The position numbers and the translations under genes are program-made. This document shows positions 1 to 12,158 of a DNA stretch of 64,000 nucleotides, piece by piece. Position 1 is the stretch's first letter. Each line of letters opens with the position of its first letter. Origin of the DNA: Sphaerodactylus townsendi (Eukaryota); the NCBI RefSeq assembly GCF_021028975.2, contig NC_059429.1, positions 74,214,001 to 74,278,000 of the forward strand. The letters are read 5' to 3'. The notes under the pieces were generated by a model. It was given only the letters and a program-made list of their open reading frames with translations, was not told the origin of the DNA and made no database searches.

Positions 1-868
1 GACACCTGTGCTGGACTTCCAACATGAAAGTCACGGAAAGAAGGGGGAAGGGTGGATGTCATTGAGAGCCATGATGATTCAGAAAAGAGATCCTGCCTCA
101 AGGTGTCTTTGTGCTATGGCAAGGGAGGCATAATAAAGATCTTGGGATTGGAATACTAGACCTTTAGTAAGCCGGTATCAGGACCAATGGCTGGCAAGAT
201 TTCAGTAAGTCTTCTCTCCTCCTTCCCCCACCCCCTGCAAAGTCTGAGTAAAAAGCAATGCTATTTGGTACAGGGGGCACTGTGTGGAGTGTGAGTGGGA
301 TAGGCTTCCAAGTATGGAATGCATCACAGAGGCACAATTTCAGTGCTTGCCCTAGGCACCATTTTCTGTAGATACATCCCTCCATCTCACATCACCAAAT
401 ATCACTTGCAATAGTGCAGAGTCATACAGCAGTATGATGACAGGAGACAGGATACGTTGCACTAAATTGTTCTACAGAGAGAGAGGACTTGTGCACTTGG
501 TACTGTTGCTGGCAGCACTATGTATTGTTTAGTGCCACCCTTAAACAGGCACTGTCCTTCACTAGAACTGGTAGGAAAAGCCCCAGTTAACACAACAATG
601 CGACTTCATGGATAGTACACAATGGCTCGTTACTCATGGAACACTTATCTCAGGCCTTGCAGTTGCACGGTGGGGCTGAAATGTGACCTCCTCGCATTTC
701 TCTATTTACACATGAGGAGGTAGCCCAGTCCCCCCTTCAGCTAGTCTCAACAGACCTCTGTTTCCTGGTTCTATTAACTCCACCCCTCTTAAAGGCACAG
801 GCTTCATAACACACAGTAATCCCAATACTGTAGAGATAATATTATATTTCCTTCTCCCTTCCTCTCCA

Positions 869-887
869 GACTCTCTCTCTCTCTCTC
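869..887. repeat. (CT)n microsatellite
   Basis: Short CT dinucleotide run read directly. Confidence 0.8.
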
Positions 888-1215
888 CCACCCAGCCTCT
901 CTCTCACTGCTGCTGCCGCAAAAGAGAAACTTATTTTTAAAAAAGATGCTTTCTGAAAAAATGTTTTTAAAAGCTCTTCTGATCATCACAAACTGCAGAA
1001 GCAGAGCATAGGAGGAGGGTAGGAACTAGAAACAGACCCTGCTCATGCTATTTCTAGCAAAAGTCAGCTCTGTTATTGTGATACAGTGATATATCGGTAT
1101 GAGTGTTAAGAAGGAAGGAGCCAGAAATATGGAATGAGGGACAAGGGGGAAAGCATGGATAGCAGTGTGAAGAGTGGGAAGTGTGGAACTATGGGTGGAG
1201 GGAAGAGGTCCAGGG

Positions 1216-1380
1216 CAGAGGTGTCCAATTTTGGCACTTCAAATGTTCATGAACTACGATTCATGAACTACAATTCCTATCAGCCCCTGCAGGTCCGCTG
1301 ATGGGACTGATGGCCATGCAGGTGGGCTGATGGGAATTGTAGTCCATGAACATCTGAAGCGGCAGAGTTGGACACCCCTG
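1216..1380. mobile_element. Palindromic hAT-type MITE (ACTACAATTCCC family), diverged copy
   Basis: Ends CAGAGGTGTCCAA...TTGGACACCCCTG; internal ACTACAATTCC / GGGAATTGTAGT arms as in the 26825 and 58882 copies; TSD degenerate. Confidence 0.8.
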
Positions 1381-1839
1381 GCAAGGGCAAAGAGGTGCTC
1401 ACTGGAAAAATCTTCCTGCCCTGGTGTTGAAGTCAAATAAAATTTGTGCTACAAGTGGTCTTGCTTGCTGCGGGGGAACTAGAAAGTGAAAGTGGGGCTG
1501 GAGGAAATCTTGCTCCAACAGACATTTGCCACCATAGCACAGCAGATGCCTTGTGCGTAATCAGCCAAAGAGTACTTCTGTTTATGCAATGAACCCCATG
1601 GCCTACCAGATTAAGACTGTGTTTTCCATGGAAAGGCAATCCTTGATTTCTGCCCTAGAGAACTGGATAGCTTAGTTCTGATTCGGAGCCCACAGTTGCC
1701 CATAGTTGGCAAGAGGAAGATGGATTGAGCTGGCTGATAATTTAAGAAACTGAGCAAGTCTGTACATCCAATCACTTTACAAATCAGGAGAAAGGGAGAG
1801 AGGAGGAAGGGGGGAAGGGGAAAGAAGTGAAAAGGCCGT

Positions 1840-2220
1840 GCAGGGAAATGCATCACAATTACTGTCTAGTCTCTAATGAGGGGCCTGTCAGGAGGCTGTC
1901 ATCCTGCGGAAAGCCACCTACTCAGAAAGATTCAATAAAAAAGTAGCAGAGAGATAAAAAAGAGATATATTTCAACCCCTACTAATATTCTTTTCATTTG
2001 TCCCAGCACAAAATAAGATACTGCACTTAACCAGCTCGGTTAAAATGAAAGGGGGGAGGGGGGCTGCGTTGATCAATACCGCTAAAAGCTGGACGACACA
2101 GTGATGGAGTGCAATTTTTTTGTCTGTACTGAAGCCTACTAGAGGCCCAAGCTGTGTAATTTATGATTTGCACGCACGCCAGCTAACTAGAGGCTGACAA
2201 GACAATGAATTCTCGATGAG
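1840..2220. promoter_or_regulatory. Candidate conserved non-coding element / enhancer
   Basis: No recognisable TE; two CTGTCA (MEIS-type) sites at 1885 and 1896, TAAT/TTTATG motifs, retained CpGs. Conservation not tested. Confidence 0.35.
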
Positions 2221-4089
2221 AAGGAAGAAAGGAAGAAGACACCATGGCAGAAATCCGAAAGGAAGAGCTATGAACAGCATCCCTTCCTGAGCCCACCTGG
2301 CCTGTGAGGACTGGAGGAAAAGTGTTGTCCTTCCAGAACATCAGCAGAAAAGAAAAGCAAAAAAGACAAGCTTCAGGAATGTGAAACTTCCTGTGCCAGC
2401 TACCTCATTATTTGTGATCCGGCTTGGTCTAGCAGAGGCACTTTCTCATCCTGAACAACAGAAGAACTCAAAGATTCAAAGAAAAGTGCCACTTGTAGGT
2501 TCCAAATAAGTCTGTCCTTTGGGAAACTTAGATTAACTCTAAGTAGCTAGAAACTGGCTGAGTTCTTGGTTTTACACTTTGTTTTTAAAGCAAAGTATCA
2601 TATCACAATGCACTGATGCATGTGCTCCCCTTCAACATAAAGACTGTACAGGATGATACCATTTTACGACAAACAACCAAAAAGGCAAAGCACTGAAAAA
2701 TGGTCCCTTCCTTTAAAAAAAATCCTGGATTTTCACCAATTTCCTCTGGTAAGATAAGACTGAACTTGCCGTTTGCATGGTAAATTCTATTCTGTCAAGA
2801 ATCTTTGGCTGAGCTCCACATTACACAGTTCATACAATATGCTGCAAGACTGCAGAAAAACACAAGGCAAGGTCTGTTGGATCTGTGTACTGGGTGAACT
2901 GGTAAGGCTGAGACATGGGTGAAGATTCCTTTCCACCTTCAAATAGCCTCTGCTTGTGCAACAATACTGACAATCAGTTGGACTCACTATTGCTGACGGC
3001 TGTGAACTCTGAAGTTTGTAAGTTCTAGCATGCAGCTGTTCATATTATGAAAAGTTGTACCTCCCTTTTAGGAAGTTCTAAAGTTGTAGCTACATTTAGT
3101 TCTGTGATAAGTTTCCCTGCGGTTGTTTTTATAGATTGTAGATATGTCAGTTCAGACTTAGGCCCTTTGTGAACGTACAGTTTCTAGTGTGGCTGTGTGC
3201 TTCGCAGTGAAGTCTCCCCATGTTTCCTTGTTTACACATGAAGAGGTGTCCTGTTGCTTTCCCCAGCCTAGTCACTATTTTGCTGGCCCCCTGCTTCTCC
3301 AGCTTCTGGGTTGGGTGGTTGTTTACTGCCTAATTCTGAATTTTATTTTGTTTAAAGGCTGTTTCCTTGATCTATTGCTCCTGAAATAGATCAAAAATGT
3401 CTAAATTAAAAAACAAAAAGGAGTTCCATTGATCCTGCGGAAATGTTGGGGAAACTACTCCTGTGTGGGGTGGGGGAAGGTGGGAAGGAGCAGAAAATCC
3501 AAATGAAACAAAACACACACTATTCTGCTTCACTTTCTCTGCACAGGCAGGGAAAAATCGAGCTTTGCCTGCTCCAGAAACCATGGAGCCTCTCTTATCA
3601 ACAGCACAGTGAATTCTGAAGAGGGAGAAACACATGCACCATCAAGAATCTGTCCAGAAGGCAATGTATGCTTGACACAAAGAGACCAAACATGTGCAAA
3701 AGGCCTTAAAGTGGTAAACTGGTGGAGAGAAAAAAGGTGATTTAACTGCTTCCTCACATACTTTTTCCTGTGGATAAATGTCACCCTCTTTTGTGGAGAT
3801 TTTGAAACTTTTCCCGAACAGAAGTAAAAGTAGTTTGCGAGTGGCTATTTTCAGTCACAATTGGAAAGTGTTAAATAGACCTTCTTCTCCTCACGGGACC
3901 ATGGCTTTGAATTATAACTCCTACCTGAAATCTGTTAAAAAATTTCCACGTGAAAATAACCCCAGTAGTTTCCCCTTAAGTTTCCCCTTAAAGAGTGAAC
4001 ATAAGAATGAAGTCATGGCTGGCAAGGCTCAAAATTCTGTCTCTGAGTGTCACGATCAGAAAAAAAGAACACATCACAGAAAGACATAG

Positions 4090-4480
4090 GTCGATTATCC
4101 ACAATGTGTCTGCTGTGTGGTGGGAGCGAATGTCCATCATAGCAAGATTTCTTGTACAGAGGTATTTCTTCAAGCTGTGTGTTCACTTTTCATTCTCTCC
4201 GTGGCAAGTGAGACCACTTGTAGAATAATTTTAACTTTGTTTCGCCGCCAGAGCAGGCAGATTTGCCAATAAGCACAGCTTTGCCCCGGACATCTTCCCT
4301 CTGCTCACAGAAGCCTTTCTACACTCTCCTATTGCCATCTACGCCTCCTCCCTCACCCCCCCTTCCACATCGTCAGCTTCTCCAAGTGAAATAAAAGAAG
4401 CTCACTCATACAGGCTTAGCCAAAACACACCGACCTCTGCATTCTATTGATAAATGCAGAAATCGACAGAAAATGCTTGG
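4090..4480. promoter_or_regulatory. Candidate conserved non-coding element
   Basis: Unique, non-repetitive block with retained CpGs; composition resembles vertebrate CNEs (inference only). Confidence 0.3.
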
Positions 4481-4717
4481 AAATAAGTCTCTGTCCTCCT
4501 ACAGCAGCAGCAGGAAGCGGGGGAGGGGGGGGAAGAGAAAATCAGCTATAGCACAATGTCCCCTTCTTTGGCAGTTGTGATCCAGGGAATTGCTTTGCTC
4601 TTTCATTGGGGGTGGGGATTATTTTTGGAATAGTAAAATTGATAAAAATGCAGTTTAAAGACAAAGCCAGTAATCTTGAATACTGAATGTAATGAGATCT
4701 ATGCCCTTAGATCTATA

Positions 4718-5046
4718 CCAGCGTGGTGTGGTGGTTAAGAGCAGGTGCACTCTAATCTGGAGAACAGGGTTTGATTCCCCGCTCTGCCACTTGAGCTGTG
4801 GAGGCTTATCTGGTGAACCACATTAGCTTGTGCACTCCAACACAGCTGGGTGACCTTGGGCAAGTCACAGTTCTTCAGAGCTCTCTCAGCCCCACCCACC
4901 TCACAGGGTGTTTGTTGTGAGGGGGGGGGGAGGAGAAAGAGATTGTAAGCCCTTTGAGTCTCCTTACAGGAGAGAAAGGGGGGATATAAATCCAAACTCC
5001 TCCTCCTCCTCCTCCTCCTCTTCTTCTTCTTCTTCTTCTTCTTCTT

Positions 5047-5076
<30 letters not shown>
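4718..5076 (+). mobile_element. tRNA-derived SINE (Squam3-like gecko family) with expanded (CCT)n(CTT)n tail
   Basis: A-box-like TGGTGTGGTGG, B-box-like GGTTTGATTCCC, body CTGGGTGACCTTGGG...CCTCACAGGGTGTTTGTTGTGAGG shared with five other copies; ~80 bp trinucleotide tail 4997-5076. Confidence 0.9.
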
Positions 5077-5077
<1 letters not shown>

Positions 5078-6479
5078 AAAATAAGAAGTGCCTTTAAGAA
5101 TAAGTTGATGGTATGGACCATATCATTACAGGCAATAAAGAATAAGAAGGAAGAAGATGCATAGGCACCTCTGAATAATTTTTGTTAAATATTATTCAAA
5201 CTGTTACATATAAGATGTAGACAGATAGAAGAAATAAAGTCTGTAATAGTGTAATTTAATTCTTAAAGTAGAAAAGGAGTGGAAGCTAATATTAGGCTCT
5301 ATAGTTGATAATCTTAGAAGTTAGGCTGTTGATAGATGGCTATATATATATGATGTTTTGTTTGTTCTCCAAAATATGTATAAGTTAGTAAGCCATAGCA
5401 AGGTAGAGAGAGAAATATGAAAGACTTCAAGAATAAGAAGTCATATTCACAAGATTATGTGTTACTAAGGATGACTGTAATGTTACCTGCATTGGAGACA
5501 TGATCCTTTGGATCTAAAAAAATTGTTACTTCATTTTTACAAATATTGTTATTTTTTAAAAACTTAGTAAAGATTATAAAATTTAAAAGATTTTTTTAAA
5601 AAAGAATAAATTGATTGGCAGAATTAGGAGAACCAGGTCTGGCGAGTTCTTTGCAGAAAAACTGCACTCCCAGGTGGGAGTGCCTTCTCACGTGTAAACA
5701 GAGAAACATGAGGAGAGCCTACTGCAAGCCCATAGTGAAGAGAAGAGTCCCGAGATAATGCATAATAGGCCATATACTGAACAGAACAATCTTAGAACAA
5801 TTTATCATACATGAAAGGTTTTCTCAGAGATTTAGAGACTCCTGAGACACACAGCTACATCTGTTGGACTATCCTAACCAACAGACCAACCAACAGTTCA
5901 ACCAGTCCTTCACAAATGTATGTATTTGGATTTTTGTGTATGTCAATGAACTTTTTACAGTTCTGCATTTTTATCTTCAAAGAAGTATTTATAAACTGAA
6001 AGGACCCCTTAGAGAAGGAAACTTCTAAGAATTCCTGCTCCTTCCACATGACACTTCAGAAAGAAAAATAAGACTGGTCCAACTCTAATCTTATCACTCT
6101 CAGCAAGTTTCCTCCTTCCTTTCAAAATAAGTTGTAGATATAAATCAGGTGTGGACTCTATGTTATCGTTTCTTTATCCCTTCACAGGTAAGACGTTCAC
6201 AGGCCATTTTGCATCACCCAAGCAGGATGTAACACCTTTATTCCTTTCCCTAAGCTATCCTCTATGGAAGCTGTTGTCCTTGATTTGCAGGACAGTCTGC
6301 TAGATTGGTGATATAATTAAATGTCTATAACCAGAAGCAGAGATGGGGCAAAGTCATCCACTAGTTCTTGCCCATTCGTTTACCAACTCATTCCTCCCCC
6401 TTCCCACTCACTTGTGACAAGAAGGAGGGGGAAGCGCACATACTGAAAACACAGATATTGAACTGTCAAAACTATTTCC

Positions 6480-6900
6480 TACAAGAAAATAGATTCATCA
6501 GCTTGCAGCAGGCAGGGTCAATGCCACATATCCCTCTTGCGTCGGCACCCGCTCATGCCGGCGCATACCCAATGCTTCTTCACAGCACCGGCACTTTAGC
6601 TTGTAGCTCAGGGCCCCTAAGTGACTTTGAGAAATGGATAATCGATTATAATTCCAGAGGCCTCTCTGCAGATTTATCTGGAGAATGTAGAAAAGGCAGA
6701 GCTCAAGAGAAGGTAGGTCCTTCTGGCTGGCACGTCAATTGCCCGCACTCTCTCTCCAGCTTGGAAAATCACATCCTGAGCACGACTCCGTTTAATCCAT
6801 CAGTACACAATCAATGCACTCTGTAATCAACTCTTGATCACTTAATTTTACACATGTTGGCTGAATCCCTTTGTTTAATCACAAGATCAGGCCACATCGC
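6480..6900. promoter_or_regulatory. Candidate conserved non-coding element
   Basis: TE-free block with retained CpGs and homeodomain-type motifs (GATAATCGATTATAATT, TTTAATCCATCA, TAATCAA). Confidence 0.35.
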
Positions 6901-7031
6901 CACACTGCCCCCTCTTGCACCACTAAACACAACCAAATGCCTTCATTTCACCTTGAGGAAGTGTTCAGTGAATTTAGAGAGCTCTGAGGCAGAAGTAGGC
7001 AGGGTAGCACAAGAAGGAACAACAGACAACA

Positions 7032-7324
7032 NNNNNNNNNNNNNNNNNNNNNNNNNNNNNNNNNNNNNNNNNNNNNNNNNNNNNNNNNNNNNNNNNNNNN
7101 NNNNNNNNNNNNNNNNNNNNNNNNNNNNNNNNNNNNNNNNNNNNNNNNNNNNNNNNNNNNNNNNNNNNNNNNNNNNNNNNNNNNNNNNNNNNNNNNNNNN
7201 NNNNNNNNNNNNNNNNNNNNNNNNNNNNNNNNNNNNNNNNNNNNNNNNNNNNNNNNNNNNNNNNNNNNNNNNNNNNNNNNNNNNNNNNNNNNNNNNNNNN
7301 NNNNNNNNNNNNNNNNNNNNNNNN
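7032..7324. other. Assembly gap (293 N)
   Basis: Run of n. Confidence 1.
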
Positions 7325-7383
7325 TTTTCTTCAACCAATTTTCTTTACTGTGCACTATCCCCCTCATCTTTGAGAAATTTCCC

Positions 7384-9703
7384 ATTCGCCTTCAGAAAGG
7401 GAAATTTCTCAAAGATGAGGGGGATAGTGAGCAGGAAGCTGAAAGGGAAAATCAAGAGAGTCAAAAATGTCCAAGGTGCTTGGAGGTTATTTAAAAACAC
7501 AGTCTTAAAAGCTCAGATGGAATGTGTTCCGCAGGTTAGGAAAGGCAGCGCCCAGTCCAAAAGAAAGCCACCATGGTTAACAAGGGAGGTTGAGGAAATT
7601 ATTAGGGAAAAAAAAGATGTCTTTTAGAAAATGGAAGTCCAACTTAACTGATGAAGAATACCAGAGAGAACACAAATGGTGGCAAAAGAGAAGCAAGTTA
7701 GCTGTAAGGGAGGCAAAAAAGGATTATGAGGAACGCATGGCTGCGAACATCAAGACCAGCAACAAACAGTTCTTCAAGTACATCAAAAGCAGGAAGCCAG
7801 CTAGGGAAGCGGTAGGCCCGTTAGATGATGAAGGAACAAAAGGTGTGCTAAAAGATGACAGGGAGATTGCAGAGAAGCTGAATGAATTCTTTGCATCTGT
7901 CTTCACACAAGAGGAGGTGAGGAAAATTCCTGCACCTGAACCAAGCTTCTTAGGAGGCGAATCCAAGGAACTAGCGGAGATAGTGGTAGACAAGGAAGAA
8001 GTCCTGGCAGCCATTGATAAACTAAATGCTACCAAATCCCCTGGCCCAGATTGCATTCATCCAAGAGTTCTTAAAGAGCTCAAGCATGAAATTGCTGATG
8101 TTCTCACATTAATATGCAACTTATCCCTGAAATCAGGCTCTATCCCTGAAGACTGGAAGATGGCCAATGTCACACCAATCTTTAAGAAAGGGTCTAGGGG
8201 GGACCCAGGAAATTACAGGCCAGTCAGTTTGACATCTGTTCCTGGTAAATTAGTAGAATCTATCATTAAAGATAAAATTATTAAACATATTGAAAAGCAA
8301 GACCTGCTGAGAAAGAGTCAGCATGGCTTTTGTAGAGGCAAGTCCTGTCTTACAAACTTACTAGAGTTCTTTGAGGGTGTTAACAGACATGTGGATAAGG
8401 GGGAACCAGTGGACATTGTCTACTTGGATTTCCAAAAGGCTTTTGACAAAGTTCCTCACCAGAGACTGTTGAGAAAACTGAGCAATGAAGGAATAAGAGG
8501 GGAAGTCCTCCTATGGATTAAAAACTGGTTGAGGAACAGGAAACAAAGGGTGGGTATAAATGGGAAGTTCTCACAATGGAGAGATGTAAGGAGTGGTGTC
8601 CCCCAAGGATCTGTTTTGAGACCAGTGCTCTTTAACTTATTCATAAATGACCTGGAAGTAGGGGTGGGTAGTGTGGTGGCTAAGTTTGCAGATGATACCA
8701 AATTATGTAGGGTGGTAAGAACCACAAAGGATTGCGAAGAGCTCCAAGTGGACCTTGATAAATTAGGTGAGTGGGCTAAGAAATGGCAAATGCAGTTCAA
8801 TGTAGCAAAATGTAAAGTGATGCACATAGGGGCAAAAAATCCAAACTTCACATACATGCTACAGGGGTCAGTGCTATCAGTCACAGACCAGGAAAGGGAT
8901 TTGGGCGTCTTAGTTGATAGTTCCATGGGAATGTCAACTCAATGCATGGCAGCTGTGAAAAAGGCAAACTCTATGCTGGGGATAATTAGGAAAGGAGTTG
9001 ATAATAAAACTGCAAGGATTGTCATGCCCTTATATAAAGCAGTGGTGCGACCGCACTTGGAGTACTGTGTTCAGTTCTGGTCGCCACATCTCAAAAAGGA
9101 TATCGAAGAGATAGAAAAAGTGCAGAGAAGGGCAACGAGAATGATTGAAGGATTGGAGCACCTTCCTTATGAGGAGAGGTTGCAGCGTTTGGGACTCTTT
9201 AGTTTGGAGAGGAGACGTCTGAGGGGGGATATGATTGAAGTCTATAAAATTATACATGGGGTAGAAAATGTTGACAGAGAGACATTTTTCTCTCTTTCTC
9301 ACAATACTAGAACCAGGGGGCATTCATTGAAAATGCTGGGGGGAAGAATTAGGACTAATAAAAGGAAACACTTCTTCACGCAACGTGTGATTGGTGTTTG
9401 GAATATGCTGCCACAGGAGGTGGTGATGGCCACTAACCTGGATAGCTTTAAAAAGGGCTTGGACAGATTTATGGAGGAGAAGTCAATCTATGGCTACCAA
9501 TCTTGATCCTCCTTGATCTCAGATTGCAAATGCCTTAGCAGACCAGGTGCTCAGGAGCAGCAGCAGCAGCAGAAGGCCGTTGCTTTCACATCCTGCATGT
9601 GAGCTCCCAAAGGCACCTGGTGGGCCACTGCGAGTAGCAGAATGCTGGACTAGATGGACTCTGGTCTGATCCAGCAGGCTAGTTCTTATGTTCTTATGTT
9701 CTT
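7384..9703 (+). mobile_element. Young CR1 LINE, 5' end missing (truncated or lost at the gap)
   Basis: CR1 ORF2 protein motifs, 3' UTR, terminal hairpin region and (TTCTTATG)n tail at ~9682-9703. Confidence 0.95.
7590..9506 (+). CDS. CR1 ORF2 reverse transcriptase (C-terminal ~640 aa; upstream part joined by a +1 frameshift in the A8 run at 7608-7615; endonuclease domain not present)
   Basis: NYRPVSLTSVPGK, YLDFQKAFDKVPH, GVPQGSVLRPVLF, KFADDTKL, RPHLEYCVQFWSP, RTRGHSLK; the upstream frame encodes CR1-typical KPPWLT. Confidence 0.9.
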   Translation: MRKLLGKKKMSFRKWKSNLTDEEYQREHKWWQKRSKLAVREAKKDYEERMAANIKTSNKQFFKYIKSRKPAREAVGPLDDEGTKGVLKDDREIAEKLNEFFASVFTQEEVRKIPAPEPSFLGGESKELAEIVVDKEEVLAAIDKLNATKSPGPDCIHPRVLKELKHEIADVLTLICNLSLKSGSIPEDWKMANVTPIFKKGSRGDPGNYRPVSLTSVPGKLVESIIKDKIIKHIEKQDLLRKSQHGFCRGKSCLTNLLEFFEGVNRHVDKGEPVDIVYLDFQKAFDKVPHQRLLRKLSNEGIRGEVLLWIKNWLRNRKQRVGINGKFSQWRDVRSGVPQGSVLRPVLFNLFINDLEVGVGSVVAKFADDTKLCRVVRTTKDCEELQVDLDKLGEWAKKWQMQFNVAKCKVMHIGAKNPNFTYMLQGSVLSVTDQERDLGVLVDSSMGMSTQCMAAVKKANSMLGIIRKGVDNKTARIVMPLYKAVVRPHLEYCVQFWSPHLKKDIEEIEKVQRRATRMIEGLEHLPYEERLQRLGLFSLERRRLRGDMIEVYKIIHGVENVDRETFFSLSHNTRTRGHSLKMLGGRIRTNKRKHFFTQRVIGVWNMLPQEVVMATNLDSFKKGLDRFMEEKSIYGYQS

Positions 9704-10772
9704 ACTCTTAAACAAAGAATTTTACTGAATCCTATACCACTCCACCACCATCTAGCAAGTATTCCTTTGCCCTTATGCTACCATCTGGAAAATATATGTG
9801 GTTATACATTCTGATCATTTCACACCTTATCCACCCACAATGTCTTTAAAAAGACACTCAATAGAAATAAATACAAATATCACTGAGACTGTACTGCATG
9901 AATGACACAGCAGCAGCATTTGGATACTTCCATTTCTTCTAAAATAGCTCAGCAACGAGAATGATTGAAGGATTGGAGCACCTTCCTTATGAGGAGAGGT
10001 TGCAGCGTTTGGGACTCTTTAGTTTGGAGAGGAGACGTCTGAGGGGGGATATGATTGAAGTCTATAAAATTATACATGGGGTAGAAAATGTTGACAGAGA
10101 GACATTTTTCTCTCTTTCTCACAATACTAGAACCAGGGGGCATTCATTGAAAATGCTGGGGGGAAGAATTAGGACTAATAAAAGGAAACACTTCTTCACG
10201 CAACGTGTGATTGGTGTTTGGAATATGCTGCCACAGGAGGTGGTGATGGCCACTAACCTGGATAGCTTTAAAAAGGGCTTGGACAGATTTATGGAGGAGA
10301 AGTCAATCTATGGCTACCAATCTTGATCCTCCTTGATCTCAGATTGCAAATGCCTTAGAAGACCAGGTGCTCAGGAGCAGCAGCAGCAGCAGAAGGCCGT
10401 TGCTTTCACATCCTGCATGTGAGCTCCCAAAGGCACCTGGTGGGCCACTGCGAGTAGCAGAATGCTGGACTAGATGGACTCTGGTCTGATCCAGCAGGCT
10501 AGTTCTTATGTTCTTATGTTCTTACTCTTAAACAAAGAATTTTACTGAATCCTATACCACTCCACCACCATCTAGCAAGTATTCCTTTGCCCTTATGCTA
10601 CCATCTGGAAAATATATGTGGTTATACATTCTGATCATTTCACACCTTATCCACCCACAATGTCTTTAAAAAGATACTCAATTGAAATAAAAATAAATAT
10701 TCCTGAGACTGTACTGCAGGAATGAAACAGCAGTAGCATTTGGATACTTCCATTTCTTCTAAAATAGCTCAG
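9132..10772 (+). repeat. 820-bp direct tandem duplication (CR1 3' end + ~250 bp unique flank)
   Basis: 9132-9952 repeats at 9952-10772; near-identical except ~9 substitutions clustered at 9855-9914 and one at ~9539. Confidence 0.95.
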
Positions 10773-10842
10773 TTAATCTGAGCTGCTATTGAAGTATTTT
10801 TTGCTTGTTTGCTTGCTAGGTTTGTTAAACAAGATGCAGAAT

Positions 10843-11013
10843 TGGTTGTTGTGGATCTTCTGGGCTGTCTGGCCATGGTCTGGTAGATCTTGATCCTAAC
10901 GTTTCGCCTGCATCTGTGGCTGGCATCTTCAGAGGTGCATCACAGAGGGAAATCTGTTACACACAACAACCCACAACAACCAGTTGAATTCGACTGTGAA
11001 AACCTTCGACAAT
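10843..11013. mobile_element. Penelope-like element (PLE) terminal-repeat remnant with 14-bp TSD
   Basis: TSD ACAAGATGCAGAAT at 10829-10842 and 11014-11027; same family as 37921-38145; ends ...AACCTTCGACAAT. Confidence 0.8.
10895..10935 (-). ncRNA. Minimal type-I hammerhead ribozyme motif (PLE-associated)
   Basis: Minus strand: CCU-CUGAAGA-U-GCC(agccacagaugca)GGC-GAA-ACGU-U-AGG; catalytic core intact, palindromic ACGU helix III, 3-bp helix I. Confidence 0.65.
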
Positions 11014-11337
11014 ACAAGATGCAGAATGTTGTGATCCAAACCACAGAAGATGGAAACTAGTGAAGACTTCTACATGGGGTTTGAAGATTCACTCCCTGCC
11101 CTCAGCACCATACAGGAGTAAACTAGATTCATAATAGCCTGTGTGATTGGATTTGCCTGGGTGAAATTCTCTCTCTAGCAGTGTTCACAATTGTTCCCAT
11201 TTTCTCCCATACAAGTGAATTGCTGCTATTAATTCCTATGGAGGAAATGTAAAATGATGAATATTTTTGTAGTTAGAGCAAAATCTATGCTCGCTTCATG
11301 GGAATGACTGACTTACCCCAAACTGACAGGAATACTA

Positions 11338-11569
11338 CCCTGTTTCCCCAAATATAAGACATCCCCGGAAAATAAGACATAGTAGAGGTTTTGCTGAAGT
11401 GCGAAATATAAGGCATCCCCCAAAAGTAAGACGTAGCAAAGTTTTTGTTTGGAAGCATGCCTGACGAACAGAATACAGAAATATAAGACATCCCCTAAAA
11501 ATAAGACATAGCGCATCTTTGGGAGCAAAAATTAATGTAAGACACTGTCTTATATTCGGGGAAACACGG
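11338..11569. mobile_element. Tc1/mariner-superfamily (Tc2/pogo-like) MITE
   Basis: TIRs CCCTGTTTCCCCAAATATAAGACA / TGTCTTATATTCGGGGAAACACGG; TA TSD on both sides; internal AATAAGAC repeats. Confidence 0.85.
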
Positions 11570-12158
11570 TAGAAGGGGCTCTCTCAGAGCTCTCTCAGTT
11601 TGTCTCTATGCTTAGAGCTCACACATTGGTACTTAAAAGAGTCCTTACAATATGCAAGCCCTCCTCTCTCGCACATACTGACAGGAAGTCTGCTAGGTAA
11701 TAATGATAATCAATCATATCACTGTAAGAGAAACCCACATCCCAAACAGATACTCCTTTTTTAAGCCAGTATCTAATTTTACTACCCATGGTCACCTTTT
11801 TACTTGGAAGAATTAGTGATATCATCTTCATGAGCAGAAATGTCAAATGCACATGCAAATGTTGGCTTATGATAGCAGACATCAAATCCCAGCAGCAACA
11901 GAGACGATGTTTTGAAAAAAGGCAGATGTTTAAAGAGGACGCTGGTGGCTGGCCTATAGGAAAAGGTCTTCAAAGAACCCCTGGCGTTACACACTTCTCA
12001 GCAGGGAAGGAGAAGCTTGCACAAGATGAAACACAAATAAATGATTGCCAGTACAAAAGATACACAATGCAAATCTGAAAACTCACGTTGGCCAGCTGTG
12101 CTTTCACTGGCACCTGAACATAAACAAGACAGAACATTAAATCCACTTGGACATTGTG

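Noticed and set aside
4735-5121. 128-aa ORF with poly-K/poly-R
   Set aside because: Antisense translation of the SINE (CTT)n/(CCT)n tail.
6854-7627. 257-aa ORF and overlapping ORFs containing X runs
   Set aside because: They read through the N gap; only the part after ~7384 is real (CR1 ORF2).
7724-9323. Minus-strand ORFs of 97-156 aa
   Set aside because: Antisense shadows of CR1 ORF2.
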